A program made the translations under genes and the position numbers. A stretch of 64,000 nt of DNA. It comes from an uncultured archaeon. GTDB taxonomy: Archaea; Thermoproteota; Bathyarchaeia; Bathyarchaeales; Bathycorpusculaceae. Positions 39,036 through 50,485 of the stretch are shown in pieces (within the stretch, counting starts at the first letter, position 1; each line of letters opens with the position of its first letter). The DNA is taken from contig CAWALK010000012.1 of NCBI GenBank assembly GCA_963782915.1, positions 160,001 to 224,000 on the forward strand, read 5' to 3'. The notes under the pieces were generated by a model. That model had not been told where the DNA came from. It saw only the letters and a program-made list of their open reading frames with translations, and ran no database searches.

Positions 39036-41657
39036 ATGCAAACAAAATTTAGTAAAACCACGGTTATTGCATTAAGTCTTCTTTTGATACTTTCAATGAC
39101 CGCCACAATAGCTATACCACAAACGCATGCAGCTCAATTCCCCGGAGTCAAAATCCCCACCTGGGCGTATCTTGAAGTCGTCCCAGACAAAATAGGCGCA
39201 GGACAAAACGTTTTGCTAGTCATGTGGATCGACAAACCACCGCCAACTGCAAACGGCATCTACGGCGACCGATGGGTAAACATGTCAATCACAATAACAA
39301 AACCCGACGGCACCACTGAAAACTTAGGGCCATTCCAATCTGACGACGCAGGCGGCTACACCGCTACCTACGCACCCGTACAAACAGGCACCTACTCTGC
39401 AGTCATGAGCTTCCCCGGCGAAACCTTAACAGGCTCACAAGGAAACGCTGGCTTCGCCAACCTGAACAACGCAAACGTCGGCGACGTCTACGACGCTTCA
39501 ACCAGCAACACAGTTCACTTCACAGTAGGCGAAGAACAAGTTGCCATGATCCCTGAAAATCCGCTTCCAACAGACTACTGGCAAAACCCAGTACAAGCCT
39601 TCAACCACTACTGGTCTACCATTTCCGGTAACTGGCTTGGAATTTCAGCTGTTGAATTCGGAAACACAGGTAACTACAACTTCGCAGGCAACTTCAACCC
39701 CTATGCTGAAGCACCCATGACTGGCCACGTCGTATGGGCTCAACCACTCGTTCCGGGATCTCCGGGAGGTCAAATGGGCGGAGAATTCGGCGGCAACGCA
39801 GAAAGCAACTTCTACTCAGGCTTCCAATACCAACCAAAATTCTGTCCAATCATCATGAACGGCATACTCTACTACCAAGCAATGCCCAACTATAACTCGC
39901 TAACTCAAGGCTTCGTAGCTAAAGACTTAAGATCAGGCGAAACCATCTGGACCAAGAACTACAACAACTACTTTGCAAACGGCTCACAAGACGTCTTACT
40001 ATGCGGACAAATCTACGTTTACAAGACCATGAACACATACGGTGGACAAGCATACCTCTGGGCAACAAGAGCTAACGGCACAAGCACAAACCTCGACTGC
40101 TTTGACGCAGCAACCGGCAACTTCCTCTTCACAGTGTGGGGCGGAGGCGGCGGAGGCTCATTCGGTCGACAGAACTTCCAAGGCAAAGACGGTAGTCTTC
40201 TGCAATTATTCGTCAACTCCTCAAACGTTGGCGGAGCAACAAGACAATCTCTAACGCTATGGAACTCAAGCCACTGTGTCAACCCAACTGACAGCCAATT
40301 CTTTAACTTCCAACAAAACGGAAACTACCCATACAACACAGGCATAATGTGGTCCGTGCTACTGCCAAACCAGACTTCAACTGGCAGCCCAATTCCAAGC
40401 TGGGTATTCGATGACGCAGGTCACTCTGCATGGGACCCAGATAATAACATAATGATCTTGGGCGCTAGCACCGGCATGTACGCAGCATACGGATGGAACC
40501 CCGGCTGGGTAATGAAAGTAGCAGTCGACATGAACAAAGGAACACAACTTTGGCTAAAGAACACAACACAAACACCCTTCGCAGCATCAATGATGATGCC
40601 CGGCGCATCCAACAGCACCTACGCAGAATACACCAAAGAAACATTCACCTTCATCGGATACAGCACAATCACAGGCGACAAAGTATGGGGACCAACAACA
40701 CCCTTCGTTAACCCATTAGCATACTACGACCAAACAAGTGCAGTCTGTGCATACGGTAAACTCTACACTTGGACATTCGGCGGAGAAGTCTACTGCTTTG
40801 ACATGACAACCGGCGCTAAAGTTTGGAACTGGAGTACCGGTGACACTGGATTAAACACTCCATACGGCACCAACCCATTCTGGATCATCGGCAACTACGA
40901 AGCAACAGTTGCAGATGGAGTACTCTACCTTGAAACCGGCCACGACTATGGTCCACCACTATTCAGCGGCGCAAAAATCTATGCATTAAACGCAACAACA
41001 GGCGAACCAATCTGGGATATACTAAACTTCGCCAGCGGCTCAAGCCTACCAGTAGCATACGGCTACATGCTATCATTCAACGCCTACGACAACCAAATTT
41101 ACTGCTATGGCAAAGGACAAACCAAAACCACCGTAGACACATCCCCCACCATTAACAACAACGCCAACATGTTGATTACCGGCACCGTCACTGACCAATC
41201 ACCCGGCAACACTTGTCTAGGCATACCTGCAGCAGGTACACCTGCAATTTCGGATGCTTCCATGAGCAGATGGATGGAATACCTCTACATGCAATCACCA
41301 AAACCCACCAACGCCTCAGGCGTTCCAGTAACACTAAGCGTTGTGGACGCAAACGGCAACTTCCGCACCATCGGACAAACCACAACCGACGCAAACGGAC
41401 AATTCGCATACACCTACACACCAGACATACCCGGAACATACACAGTCATGGCAACATTCGCCGGATCAAACTCGTACTTTACTTCCTCAGCACAAACCCA
41501 CGTCAACTTTGACATGCCCGCACAAGCTACCGCTTCACCAACAGCTCAACCACAATCAATAGCTGACCAATACTTCCTACCGATGTCAATAATCACAATA
41601 GCTGCAATAGTTGTAATCGGCGCTATACTAGCTTTAATGCTTCGCAAACGCCCATAA
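39036..41657 (+). CDS. large PQQ-like beta-propeller surface (glyco)protein with C-terminal TM anchor
   Basis: signal peptide; repeated (D/N)..TG...W motifs; GVPV.L...D.NGN...IG..T.D; TM + RKRP; many N-x-S/T sites. Confidence 0.85.
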   Translation: MQTKFSKTTVIALSLLLILSMTATIAIPQTHAAQFPGVKIPTWAYLEVVPDKIGAGQNVLLVMWIDKPPPTANGIYGDRWVNMSITITKPDGTTENLGPFQSDDAGGYTATYAPVQTGTYSAVMSFPGETLTGSQGNAGFANLNNANVGDVYDASTSNTVHFTVGEEQVAMIPENPLPTDYWQNPVQAFNHYWSTISGNWLGISAVEFGNTGNYNFAGNFNPYAEAPMTGHVVWAQPLVPGSPGGQMGGEFGGNAESNFYSGFQYQPKFCPIIMNGILYYQAMPNYNSLTQGFVAKDLRSGETIWTKNYNNYFANGSQDVLLCGQIYVYKTMNTYGGQAYLWATRANGTSTNLDCFDAATGNFLFTVWGGGGGGSFGRQNFQGKDGSLLQLFVNSSNVGGATRQSLTLWNSSHCVNPTDSQFFNFQQNGNYPYNTGIMWSVLLPNQTSTGSPIPSWVFDDAGHSAWDPDNNIMILGASTGMYAAYGWNPGWVMKVAVDMNKGTQLWLKNTTQTPFAASMMMPGASNSTYAEYTKETFTFIGYSTITGDKVWGPTTPFVNPLAYYDQTSAVCAYGKLYTWTFGGEVYCFDMTTGAKVWNWSTGDTGLNTPYGTNPFWIIGNYEATVADGVLYLETGHDYGPPLFSGAKIYALNATTGEPIWDILNFASGSSLPVAYGYMLSFNAYDNQIYCYGKGQTKTTVDTSPTINNNANMLITGTVTDQSPGNTCLGIPAAGTPAISDASMSRWMEYLYMQSPKPTNASGVPVTLSVVDANGNFRTIGQTTTDANGQFAYTYTPDIPGTYTVMATFAGSNSYFTSSAQTHVNFDMPAQATASPTAQPQSIADQYFLPMSIITIAAIVVIGAILALMLRKRP

Positions 41658-41883
41658 ACTTGGAAATATTTTATTTCCCCTCCCCCTTTTTAGTTTTAAA
41701 GAAAAAGCGTCTGGTTAAGTTGTCCCTGCATTTTTATTAGGAGGAATTGATCATTTATGCTTCATGGTCAACAGTATTTAATTTCTGCCAAAACAATACG
41801 CCTTCCTTGACTAGGGAAGGTTTAAATAAATACTGACTCATTTCGTATATGCTTCAAAGTTAAAAAACGGATGAAAATTCAGC

Positions 41884-42372
41884 ATGTCACAGGAATACCG
41901 CTATATTGTTCGTATTATGGGTACAGACGTTCAGGGTACCCTTAAGACGTCTTACGCAGTTGCGCAAGTCAAAGGCGTCAGCTCGAGTCTTTCCAATGCA
42001 GTCCTCAAGAAGGCAGGCGTAAACCCTGACCTCCGCGTCGGTCTCATAACTGAATCAGACGTTTCCAAAATAGAGGACGTTATCCGGGATCCAGCGAAAT
42101 ACGGCATCCCAGCATGGATGTACAACCGTCGAAAAGACAGCGACACCGGAAAAGACGTGCACGTTTTAAGCGCAGAACTTGCATTCAAGATAAAAACTGA
42201 TATTGATGGGGCCAAAGAAATCAGGTCTTGGCGCGGATACCGCCACGCTTACAGCCTGAAAGTAAGAGGCCAAAGAACTAAAACTACTGGACGCGCAGGC
42301 AAAGCTTTGGGTGTTAAGAAGAAGACTCTTCTTCAGAAACCCGGCGGAGCCCCAGCTGAAGGAGGCAAATAA
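41884..42372 (+). CDS. rps13: 30S ribosomal protein S13
   Basis: IP.W..NRRKD, RG.RH...[12 protein letters not shown]. Confidence 0.97.
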   Translation: MSQEYRYIVRIMGTDVQGTLKTSYAVAQVKGVSSSLSNAVLKKAGVNPDLRVGLITESDVSKIEDVIRDPAKYGIPAWMYNRRKDSDTGKDVHVLSAELAFKIKTDIDGAKEIRSWRGYRHAYSLKVRGQRTKTTGRAGKALGVKKKTLLQKPGGAPAEGGK

Positions 42373-42374
42373 GC

Positions 42375-42965
42375 ATGGGAGATCCAAGGAAGCAACGTAA
42401 GAAATTCGATACGCCACGTTTCCGCTGGCGAAAAGATGTCCTCCAAGAAGAATTAAAACTTCTAGGGCAATATGGCCTGCGAAACAAGCATGAACTCTGG
42501 AGACATAAAACTACACTATCCAAGACCAGAGGCATTGCCCGTACATTAATCAGTAAATCCACTGAAGAACGTGCAAAGATGGAAATGGAATTGCTGGCCC
42601 AACTTAAAAAGAAGGGTATCCTACAGGAAACTGCAGTGCTCGACAACGTACTCGACTTAACAATCGAAGACATCTTAGAGCGTAGACTGCAAACAATCGT
42701 TTTCCGCAAGGGACTAGCACGCACAACATTCCAAGCACGCCAACTAATCACACACGGTCACGTAACAATCGACAACCGCAGAGTAACCATCCCCGGCTAC
42801 ATCGTACAAAAAGAAGAAGAAGCCAAAATCGTCTACTCACCAGAAAGCGCAATTGCAAAACAAGAACATGCTCTACGTGTCGGATTAACAGTGGTCGCTA
42901 AACAACCAGAAGTTAGACAACAACAAAGAGGCCGAAGAGGCGGACGCGGAGGCGGCAGATTTTGA
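42375..42965 (+). CDS. rps4: 30S ribosomal protein S4
   Basis: MGDP, YGLRNK.E, LERRLQT, ARQLI.HGH. Confidence 0.97.
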   Translation: MGDPRKQRKKFDTPRFRWRKDVLQEELKLLGQYGLRNKHELWRHKTTLSKTRGIARTLISKSTEERAKMEMELLAQLKKKGILQETAVLDNVLDLTIEDILERRLQTIVFRKGLARTTFQARQLITHGHVTIDNRRVTIPGYIVQKEEEAKIVYSPESAIAKQEHALRVGLTVVAKQPEVRQQQRGRRGGRGGGRF

Positions 42966-43369
42966 GCAACGCAAACAGTAAACGTAACGATAAATGGGCA
43001 ATAGTCCACATCTTTAGCTCCTACAACAACACCCTAATACACATCACCGACATATCCGGTGCAGAAACAATCTCACGCACAACCGGCGGTATGTTCGTTA
43101 AAGCAGACCGCATGGAATCATCACCATACGCAGCAATGCGTGCAGCAACAGGCGCAGCAGAAATCGCACGAGATAAAGGAATCACCGCAATACACATCAA
43201 AGTTCGCGCCCCAGGCGGAAGCGGACCAAGAACTCCAGGCCCCGGTGCACAAGCAGCAATCAGAGCACTCGCAAGATTCGGATTCAAAATTGAACGCATC
43301 GAAGAAGTTACCCCAATTCCACACGACGGCACAAGAAGGCCTGGTGGAAGAAGAGGAAGAAGAGTCTAA
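42962..43369 (+). CDS. rps11: 30S ribosomal protein S11
   Basis: [33 protein letters not shown]. Confidence 0.97.
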   Translation: MSNANSKRNDKWAIVHIFSSYNNTLIHITDISGAETISRTTGGMFVKADRMESSPYAAMRAATGAAEIARDKGITAIHIKVRAPGGSGPRTPGPGAQAAIRALARFGFKIERIEEVTPIPHDGTRRPGGRRGRRV

Positions 43370-43463
43370 ACTCTTTCCCATCCCATATTATTTAAGGGAA
43401 AAATACAAATAATGCACCGAAATATCCTATTGACCGAAAATCCGTTATAGGAACCTTATTGGA

Positions 43464-44294
43464 GTGTCTCAGCAAGTGAAAATTGAAATCTTGGAAAAAA
43501 ACGATATCAACCTCCGCATAATTGTACGTGATGCGGATACGGCTTTAATGAACGCTTTACGACGTTTAGCACTTGCTGAAGTTCAATGCATGGCTATCGA
43601 AGAAGTTGTCATGATAGAAAACTCATCAATTCTGCAGGACGAAATCATCGCCCACAGGCTTGGATTAACACCACTCCGTACAGACTTAGATGCATATAAC
43701 ACTCCAGAAGAATGTGAATGCCAAAGCGAATTCGGTTGCTCAAAATGCCGAGTAACACTCACCTTAGACGCTGAGGCAAAAGACGGCACAAGAACCGTAT
43801 ACTCTGGCGAAATCGTCTCTGAAAACCCAGAGGTACTTCCAGTATCAGACAAGATCCCAATCGTTAAACTAGCTAAAAACCAGAAACTAAAGCTTGAAGC
43901 CTATGCACGGCTCGGCAAAGGCAAAACCCACGCAAAGTGGCAGCCAGTTTCAATGTGTGCATACAAGTATTACCCAAAAATCACTACTCCAACCGAGAAA
44001 TGTGAAGACTGCATAAAATGCGCTGAAATCTGCCCCAAGAAAGTCTACGCAGTCAAAGACGGCAAAGTTGAAGTCAAAGACCTGCTAGCCTGCATCTTAT
44101 GCATGGACTGTGTCGAAGCATGTCCAAAGAAGCCTGCACCATTAGCGGTTGAGTGGGAAAAGAACGCATTCGTAATGAATATTGAATCTACAGGTGCGCT
44201 TCCTCCAGAGCGTGTGCTCAAAGAAGCCACTAAACTGTTAGGCAAACAATTAAACGAGTTTGAAGAACAAATCAAGGCGGAACAACAACAATGA
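43464..44294 (+). CDS. rpoD: RNA polymerase subunit D (Rpo3)
   Basis: NALRR, DE..AHRLGL, HAKW; ferredoxin-like insert. Confidence 0.96.
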   Translation: MSQQVKIEILEKNDINLRIIVRDADTALMNALRRLALAEVQCMAIEEVVMIENSSILQDEIIAHRLGLTPLRTDLDAYNTPEECECQSEFGCSKCRVTLTLDAEAKDGTRTVYSGEIVSENPEVLPVSDKIPIVKLAKNQKLKLEAYARLGKGKTHAKWQPVSMCAYKYYPKITTPTEKCEDCIKCAEICPKKVYAVKDGKVEVKDLLACILCMDCVEACPKKPAPLAVEWEKNAFVMNIESTGALPPERVLKEATKLLGKQLNEFEEQIKAEQQQ

Positions 44295-44653
44295 GAGAAA
44301 CAAAAACTACCAACCCCCAATTAATCGAACTTATCAGTCGTCTACGCAAACTAAGCAAAGAACAAGAAGCCCCAATCTGGCTAGACGTAGCAGACCACCT
44401 AGCAAAATCACGCAGCCAACGCGTAACAACAAACCTGAGCACAATTAACAGACACACAGAAAAAGACGACGTCGTGCTTGTTCCAGGCAAAATCTTAGCA
44501 TCAGGCGAACTTAACCACGCCGTAACAGTTGTTTCCTTCGAAGCTTCTGACTCAGCAAAAGCAAAAGTCACAGGCGCAAAAGGAAAATACCTCACGATCC
44601 CAGAGCTACTGGAGAAAAACCCCAAAGGCTCAAAAGTAAAAATCATTCGGTGA
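44291..44653 (+). CDS. rpl18e: 50S ribosomal protein L18e
   Basis: TNP....LI..L, VPGK.L, NPKGS. Confidence 0.95.
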   Translation: MRETKTTNPQLIELISRLRKLSKEQEAPIWLDVADHLAKSRSQRVTTNLSTINRHTEKDDVVLVPGKILASGELNHAVTVVSFEASDSAKAKVTGAKGKYLTIPELLEKNPKGSKVKIIR

Positions 44654-44660
44654 AAAGAAA

Positions 44661-45113
44661 ATGTCACAAACAACAACTAAATCAGCCGTTACATTTGTGA
44701 ATGCTGAAGGCCAAGTCGTCGGCCGTATGTGCAGCAAAATCGCCAAACGTCTCCTCAACGGCGAAGAAGTCATAATACTCAACGCTGAAAAAGCAGTTTT
44801 CTCAGGCAAAAAGAAAGCCAAAGTCCTCGAAGCCCACATATTCCTAGAAGTCGGCGCACCAGCACGTGGACCATTCCACTACCGCAGACCAGACAGATTC
44901 CTACGCAAAACCGTCCGTGGTATGGTACCATTCAAGCAGCCAAGAGGCAAAGCAGCCTACAAACGCCTAAAAGCATACATGGGCGTACCAGTAGAATTTG
45001 CAAACGAAAAAATGATCTCTTTCGATGATGCCCTATCAACAGATTTGAAAGGGCCGCACTTCACCCTTGGCGAATTAGCCAAAGAAATCGGGTGGAGAAA
45101 CAGGATGGAATAA
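44661..45113 (+). CDS. rpl13: 50S ribosomal protein L13
   Basis: GR..S..AK.LL.G, GP...RRPD, VRGM.P. Confidence 0.95.
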   Translation: MSQTTTKSAVTFVNAEGQVVGRMCSKIAKRLLNGEEVIILNAEKAVFSGKKKAKVLEAHIFLEVGAPARGPFHYRRPDRFLRKTVRGMVPFKQPRGKAAYKRLKAYMGVPVEFANEKMISFDDALSTDLKGPHFTLGELAKEIGWRNRME

Positions 45114-45115
45114 TT

Positions 45116-45532
45116 ATGCCAACAACCGCAAAAAAAGTCCTCGTAGTAAGTGGAAAACGAAAAACAGCAGTAGCCCGCGCCATAATCAGACCAGGCGTAG
45201 GTAAAATACGCATAAACTTGACTCCAGTTGAAATTTACGAACCCGACATTGCCAAAGCAAAAATCATGGAGCCACTCCTTCAAGCAGGCGGAGATGTCTG
45301 GCAACAACTAGACATGGACGTTAAAACCAGCGGCGGAGGCTACATGGGACAGGCAGAAGCAGCACGCATGGCAATCGCGAACGGTTTGCTCAAATGGACC
45401 AAGAGTACACACCTGCGCACGGTATTTGCCGAATACGACAGAACCATGATTGCAGGCGACTCGAGAACCAAAGAGACAAAGAAAGTCGGCGGAGCAGGCG
45501 CACGGTCTAAAGAACAGAAAAGCTACAGATAA
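45116..45532 (+). CDS. rps9: 30S ribosomal protein S9
   Basis: [22 protein letters not shown]. Confidence 0.96.
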   Translation: MPTTAKKVLVVSGKRKTAVARAIIRPGVGKIRINLTPVEIYEPDIAKAKIMEPLLQAGGDVWQQLDMDVKTSGGGYMGQAEAARMAIANGLLKWTKSTHLRTVFAEYDRTMIAGDSRTKETKKVGGAGARSKEQKSYR

Positions 45533-45546
45533 GGAGAGAAGAAAAC

Positions 45547-45777
45547 GTGATTATTCCCGTAAGATGCTTCACCTGCGGCAAGTTGGTTGGAGACCGATGG
45601 GACGAATTCACACGCCGAATTAAGACAGGCGAAAATGCAAGCGACGTGCTTGACAGCCTTGGCCTTAAACGCTATTGCTGCCGACGTATGCTTCTCTCTA
45701 ACGTTGAAATCATCGATGAAGTTCTGCGCTTCTATGAAGAAGCAGAGAAACGCAAAGAAGCGCGTAACTTCTACTAA
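45547..45777 (+). CDS. rpoN: RNA polymerase subunit N (Rpo10)
   Basis: [17 protein letters not shown]. Confidence 0.97.
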   Translation: MIIPVRCFTCGKLVGDRWDEFTRRIKTGENASDVLDSLGLKRYCCRRMLLSNVEIIDEVLRFYEEAEKRKEARNFY

Positions 45778-45987
45778 ATTTTTTATTTTTTTGTTTTAAA
45801 TTTTAGCATTAGCTGTTGCTATACCATTTTAGAGTCGCTTACTGTTAGCCTTAGGTTTGGGTGGTTTATTGCGAATTTATTGGGTCTATTACTTCCAAAA
45901 CAGGCTAAAATGAAACGGTTAAGCCAGAAAAAAAGGGCAACTCCTATATGCTAGGTTTCTGCTTGATTTGCACAGAGACAGATTCCA

Positions 45988-46176
45988 ATGAACCGAGAAA
46001 ATTATAAATCAAAAAGAACTCAGCCAAAACGCACAAGCACAGTCAGCAGAGCCAAAATCCAAATGCTTCGAAAACCAGTAATAACAGCAACCGATTCAGC
46101 TAAAAAACTCTCTGCCATTTACTCGCGTAAGACTGAATGGACCACCAGAGTTATTCCTAAACTAAGAGAAAAGTAA
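45988..46176 (+). CDS. small basic hypothetical protein
   Basis: ATG ORF, AC-rich coding-like composition, TATA-like CCTATATG upstream. Confidence 0.35.
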   Translation: MNRENYKSKRTQPKRTSTVSRAKIQMLRKPVITATDSAKKLSAIYSRKTEWTTRVIPKLREK

Positions 46177-46353
46177 CCGTTCGTTTAAAGAATGGTTTTC
46201 AAAAACTTATTTTCTATTTCTTAAATTTTAAGCGCTTCAGATGCAACCACAATTTTTGAACCTCGAATTTCAGTGTTTAGCTGCGGCTAAAAAAACAAGC
46301 AGAACAGGAATCTTTATAATCATTCTACAAGTTTCAAGAGAACAGTGAATAAT

Positions 46354-46587
46354 ATGGCTGATTCAATACAAACCAGAGTACAAGCAGCCCTCGACGATAT
46401 ACGCCCCCAAATCCAAATGGACGGCGGCGACGTAGAACTCGTAGCTGTAGAAGGCGGAATTGTGAAGGTTCGCTTGGTTGGACACTGTGCAGGTTGCCCA
46501 ATGTCTCAGATGACACTGAAAAATGGCATTGAAGCCCACCTTAAGTCAGTTGTTCCAGAAGTCCTAAGTGTAGAAGCGGTACGTTAA
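46354..46587 (+). CDS. NifU/NfuA C-terminal domain protein
   Basis: IRP....DGGDVEL, GHCAGCP, TLK.GIE. Confidence 0.92.
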   Translation: MADSIQTRVQAALDDIRPQIQMDGGDVELVAVEGGIVKVRLVGHCAGCPMSQMTLKNGIEAHLKSVVPEVLSVEAVR

Positions 46588-46739
46588 GTTAACGGATCGC
46601 AAATTATTTTTTTATTAATTTAATATTTTACCTCTTGGATAGACGAAGTCATCACAAGAATTATTATTGATTCTCTGTTGCGCTTGACGCCCAGCCAATG
46701 CTATGGCTTTTAGTAGATTTTCCAAAGTATAAGTGGAGT

Positions 46740-47740
46740 CTACCTGAACTTGATTTTGGGGTGGTTGCATCCACAGCTGCACTCCCGGAGCTTTCAACAT
46801 GCACAAACTTCCCCGTCTTGTACCTTATCAGCGGAAGGGCTTTTGAGAAGGTAGTTATTACCAGTTCTCCCTCTGTGCCCTCGGCGGATTTGCTGAGTAG
46901 CTGTGCTTTTTGGTGCCCAACGGGGATAATTTCGGGAACACAAGTGTCTAGCCAGACATGAACTCCGCTGTGGCTGGGGCATTCTGACCAAAACGCCATG
47001 TGCTCGATAGGCGAGTAAACCTGATATTTCTCTAAAGATGAATAAGCCTCCGAAAGGCTGTTTTGTTCTTCTCCATAAAAGACGCCGATTCGCGCCTCAG
47101 ACAGAACATCCCTCACCGAGGTGTTCATTGAACCCAACTTTTCAGCAAACGCTTTAGCATTCCTTGTTGAAGCAAAAATTGCGGTCGGACGCCTCTTTTG
47201 AATAAAGTTAATCCAGGACATTCCAAGCGCATCATACCACTCCAACGACCCAATAATAAACTCCAACCCACAGCCCTTCGACGCTTCAGCGTATGACCAA
47301 AGATAAGGTATGAAAGAGCCAATTCTGGGCGGCGTATCAACGATGACGAGGACTATGTCTCCTTTCTGTAACCCGACGGTGTGGCTCATTCTTGTTAGCA
47401 TTGGTGCGATTGCCATGAAGTCTTCGGCGCTGTAGGGGTACCATTCATGTGTGTTTGGTTGGTCGTAGCCTAGGAACCATTGGCTGACTGGGGCGATGCA
47501 GGTTTTGTTGGGTTTTGCTCGGGTGGTTTCAAACAGATTTTTTCTGGTCAGGAAAGGGAACTGGTTTAGGTCGCTTATGTTTAGGAGCATGTCTGGAGTA
47601 ACGTGGGCGGGTTTCCAGAGTTTCTTGTAGAGCGGCGACTGATATGCCATTTTGAGGGTTTCTTTGAGTTTTTGTTCCTGCAACTCTTGGTCCTGTTTTG
47701 TGAATTGCTGCCATTTCTCTTGTACTTCAAGCATTACCAT
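46740..47740 (-). CDS. degenerate phenylacetate-CoA ligase (PaaK)-like protein; frameshift near 46787
   Basis: EC..H.G.H, PEI, GELVIT.....LPLIRY.TG; corrected frame ends CSCGCNHPKIKFR*. Confidence 0.7.
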
Positions 47741-47742
47741 GT

Positions 47743-49197
47743 TTATTCGCCCTCGTATATTACGGTCCCATTCTGGGTAGCTTTTTTGCCTCTGCTTAGG
47801 AGCGGTTCAATTGTGACTTGTGGTTGAGCGAGAATTTTGTTTTCGAGCCCCGTTTTAATGACGTCTACTTCGAGTACCCTGTTTGCGATTACACTTTTGA
47901 ATGCTTCAGGGTTGCTAATTGTGTCGCTTGGTTCAAGCCGAACGATTATTTTGGGACGATAGTCTTCTCTGCTAATCTGCAGCTGCCACCTTCTCGCTTG
48001 CCCAAACTCAGTTGCTGAAAGCACTTTGTCTTCCAGTTTAGCGAATGGAAACCGTATCGCACCCATGCAAATGATTGAGATGTCCGAGCGCCTTGGAACC
48101 TTAATTCTCGGATGAGTAATTCCGCAGCCGCACGGTTCAGTGCCAACTACTTCGATGAGGTCTCCGAATCTGTAACGAATCAGTGGGAGCGCTTCGCCAA
48201 AGGTGGTGAGGACATATTCGCCTCGCATGCCCTTTTCTGTGTCCCAAAGCGGAACAGCCTTGGGCACATATGTGTTGTCTGTGCGTTCTTTTTCGAGTTC
48301 AGCTTCAGGAATGATTTCTGGCAGGCAAATGTCCAGCCACAGATGCATGCCATTATGCATACGGCATTCAACCGAGGGCGGCATGAACTCGGTGAAAGTG
48401 TACATTTCATACGGTTCTATCCCGTACATTCTGGTTAGAACTTCTCTGTATGGGTCAAGGGGTTCACCGCCGAATAGTCCCCATTTGAACTTGGTGAGGT
48501 CTTTGGGCTTGATTTTCTTAGCCCGAGTTAAGAGGTATACGAGGAGTTTTTTTGGGGTCTTCTGTTTGCTGAATTGCTGTTTGGCAACTTTTGGGGCGGA
48601 TTCCTCTATGATTTCCGCTAACCGAGCCGCTAAGCTGGGGAAAGCCAGCATAACGTTTGGTTTAGTGTCAAATGCAAAATTGAATATTTCATCATCGTCC
48701 GTTTGTGTGAGGGCGATGGTGATGCATTGGAGGGGATTGTTGTTTTCGATTCCTCGGATGGCGTTTAGGATTGCTAATCCATCTTCCACGTAGGGTGGCG
48801 GTGCGGTGACGGTGACGAGTTTGAGGTTGCCTGAGGTGGGCATCATGTTGTATAGTCGGTCGCGGATTTGCGTGAACAACTCTATATCTCTGCGGCCATA
48901 CGGCAACCACTTTGACAATCCAGTTGTGCCTGTAGTTGAGAACCAATGTACAGGTTTGGCGCATAATATTTGGTCGAGGGGCTGCTCATATATGGCTTTG
49001 CGGACTTCTCGGCTTGTGGTATAAGGGAGCTTGGCGAAGTCAGCGTAGCTTTTGATTTCTTGGGGTTTGATGCCTGCTGCTTTCCATTTTGCATTGTATA
49101 AGTTTGAGTTACTGGCCCTCTCTAAAGTCTGGTAATAGAGCAAATTTTGCATGCTAAGCTGGGCTAACTGGTCTAGGGGAAGATGTAGGGTATCCAT
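47743..49197 (-). CDS. PaaK/GH3-like adenylate-forming ligase
   Basis: STTGTTG..K P-loop, GGEP, Y..TE, PLIRYR.GD, CGCG. Confidence 0.82.
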   Translation of the reverse strand: MDTLHLPLDQLAQLSMQNLLYYQTLERASNSNLYNAKWKAAGIKPQEIKSYADFAKLPYTTSREVRKAIYEQPLDQILCAKPVHWFSTTGTTGLSKWLPYGRRDIELFTQIRDRLYNMMPTSGNLKLVTVTAPPPYVEDGLAILNAIRGIENNNPLQCITIALTQTDDDEIFNFAFDTKPNVMLAFPSLAARLAEIIEESAPKVAKQQFSKQKTPKKLLVYLLTRAKKIKPKDLTKFKWGLFGGEPLDPYREVLTRMYGIEPYEMYTFTEFMPPSVECRMHNGMHLWLDICLPEIIPEAELEKERTDNTYVPKAVPLWDTEKGMRGEYVLTTFGEALPLIRYRFGDLIEVVGTEPCGCGITHPRIKVPRRSDISIICMGAIRFPFAKLEDKVLSATEFGQARRWQLQISREDYRPKIIVRLEPSDTISNPEAFKSVIANRVLEVDVIKTGLENKILAQPQVTIEPLLSRGKKATQNGTVIYEGE

Positions 49198-49500
49198 TAA
49201 GGAATCGCCAGGAAACTTTGATAAAACTCTAAGTCGTTAGAAGGGGAGTTGACTATGATTTTGATGGTTTGCGGGTTGGGCCAGTTAAAGTTTTTCAAGC
49301 GGTCTACCGTAGTTAACCAGACCTACCGCTGTTTGGAGTATTAAAGTGAGCGGTTCTGGAAAACTATCTCTGACATTCAGTTTTCGAATAAACATCTGCG
49401 CTTCCTTGAGGAAGACACAAAAAAGCGGTTGTAACACTAACTTTTTAAGGCAAGACAAAATGGAAATCTTCATATAACTTCTCTAAGCTAAGAAGCTTCC

Positions 49501-50398
49501 ATGAAAAACGCTTTTGGCTTAGAGCTCCCTGAAATAAAAGCGATTGTAACCGATAAAAGCGTCAAAGAAACCATTAGCTCCCTGCTTTTACCAGTACTGA
49601 TTTATCTGGGTGTTCCAACAAACGAATCAAAAGTAATCATCACTGACTGTTTACATGCAGCAGCCAATTACTCACAGCTCGAAGCTTACGAAGAGCAAGC
49701 CCACTATATTTTGGAAAGAGCGCAGGTTGCCCAAAAAATCCCAGAGAAACTCTCGGCAAGAGCCAGCTTAGTATATTCGCAGATTGCACCCTATCTGTTG
49801 CCGGGTAGCGTTTTAGACTATGGCTGTGGCGATGGCAAAGTAGCTGAACTTATAGCCAAAAATAAACATCAAGAGGTTACGTTAACTGACGTTTATGAAC
49901 ACCCGCATATTAAAGAAACAGGGCTGAAATTTCAACTCTTCCAGCAAGGCGGTAAAACCTTGTTTGGCGATGAGGTATTCGATAATACTCTTGCCTTGAC
50001 GGTTTATCATCACAGTAGCGACCCGATAAATTCAATACGTGATACTTGTCAGGGTTACCAAGAAGAATGGTAGAGTAATCGTTATCGAATCAGTCTATGG
50101 CATAACTGGGCAAGATTTGCCTGAAGCTATGCAACAAAAAGCCAAGGATTACTTGATGTTGTCTGCTGAGCAGCAGAGGAAAATCAACATTTTCTTCGAC
50201 CACTTCTACAACCGCGTCCTACATTATAGCAAAGATGTAAAAACGAAGGTTAATGTGCCCTTCAACTTCAACACCCCATTCAATTGGGAAACGGTGTTTG
50301 CTAAATATGGGCTTAAGCAGGAGGCGCTTGTTCATCTTGGATTGGATCAGCCGACGGTCCCAGAATACCACACTCTCCATGTCCTAAGAAAAGTTTGA
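49501..50398 (+). CDS. class I SAM-dependent methyltransferase (frameshift near 50045)
   Basis: VLDYGCGDG, FD......V.HH, RV.K..G.VI.IE. Confidence 0.8.
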
Positions 50399-50485
50399 AA
50401 CGATCAATTCTTTAGCGCTATTGTGGAGCTACTTGGCATCTCTGCCCGTGAAGCCTAAATAGTCCTTGATAGTTGGTGACCCGCT

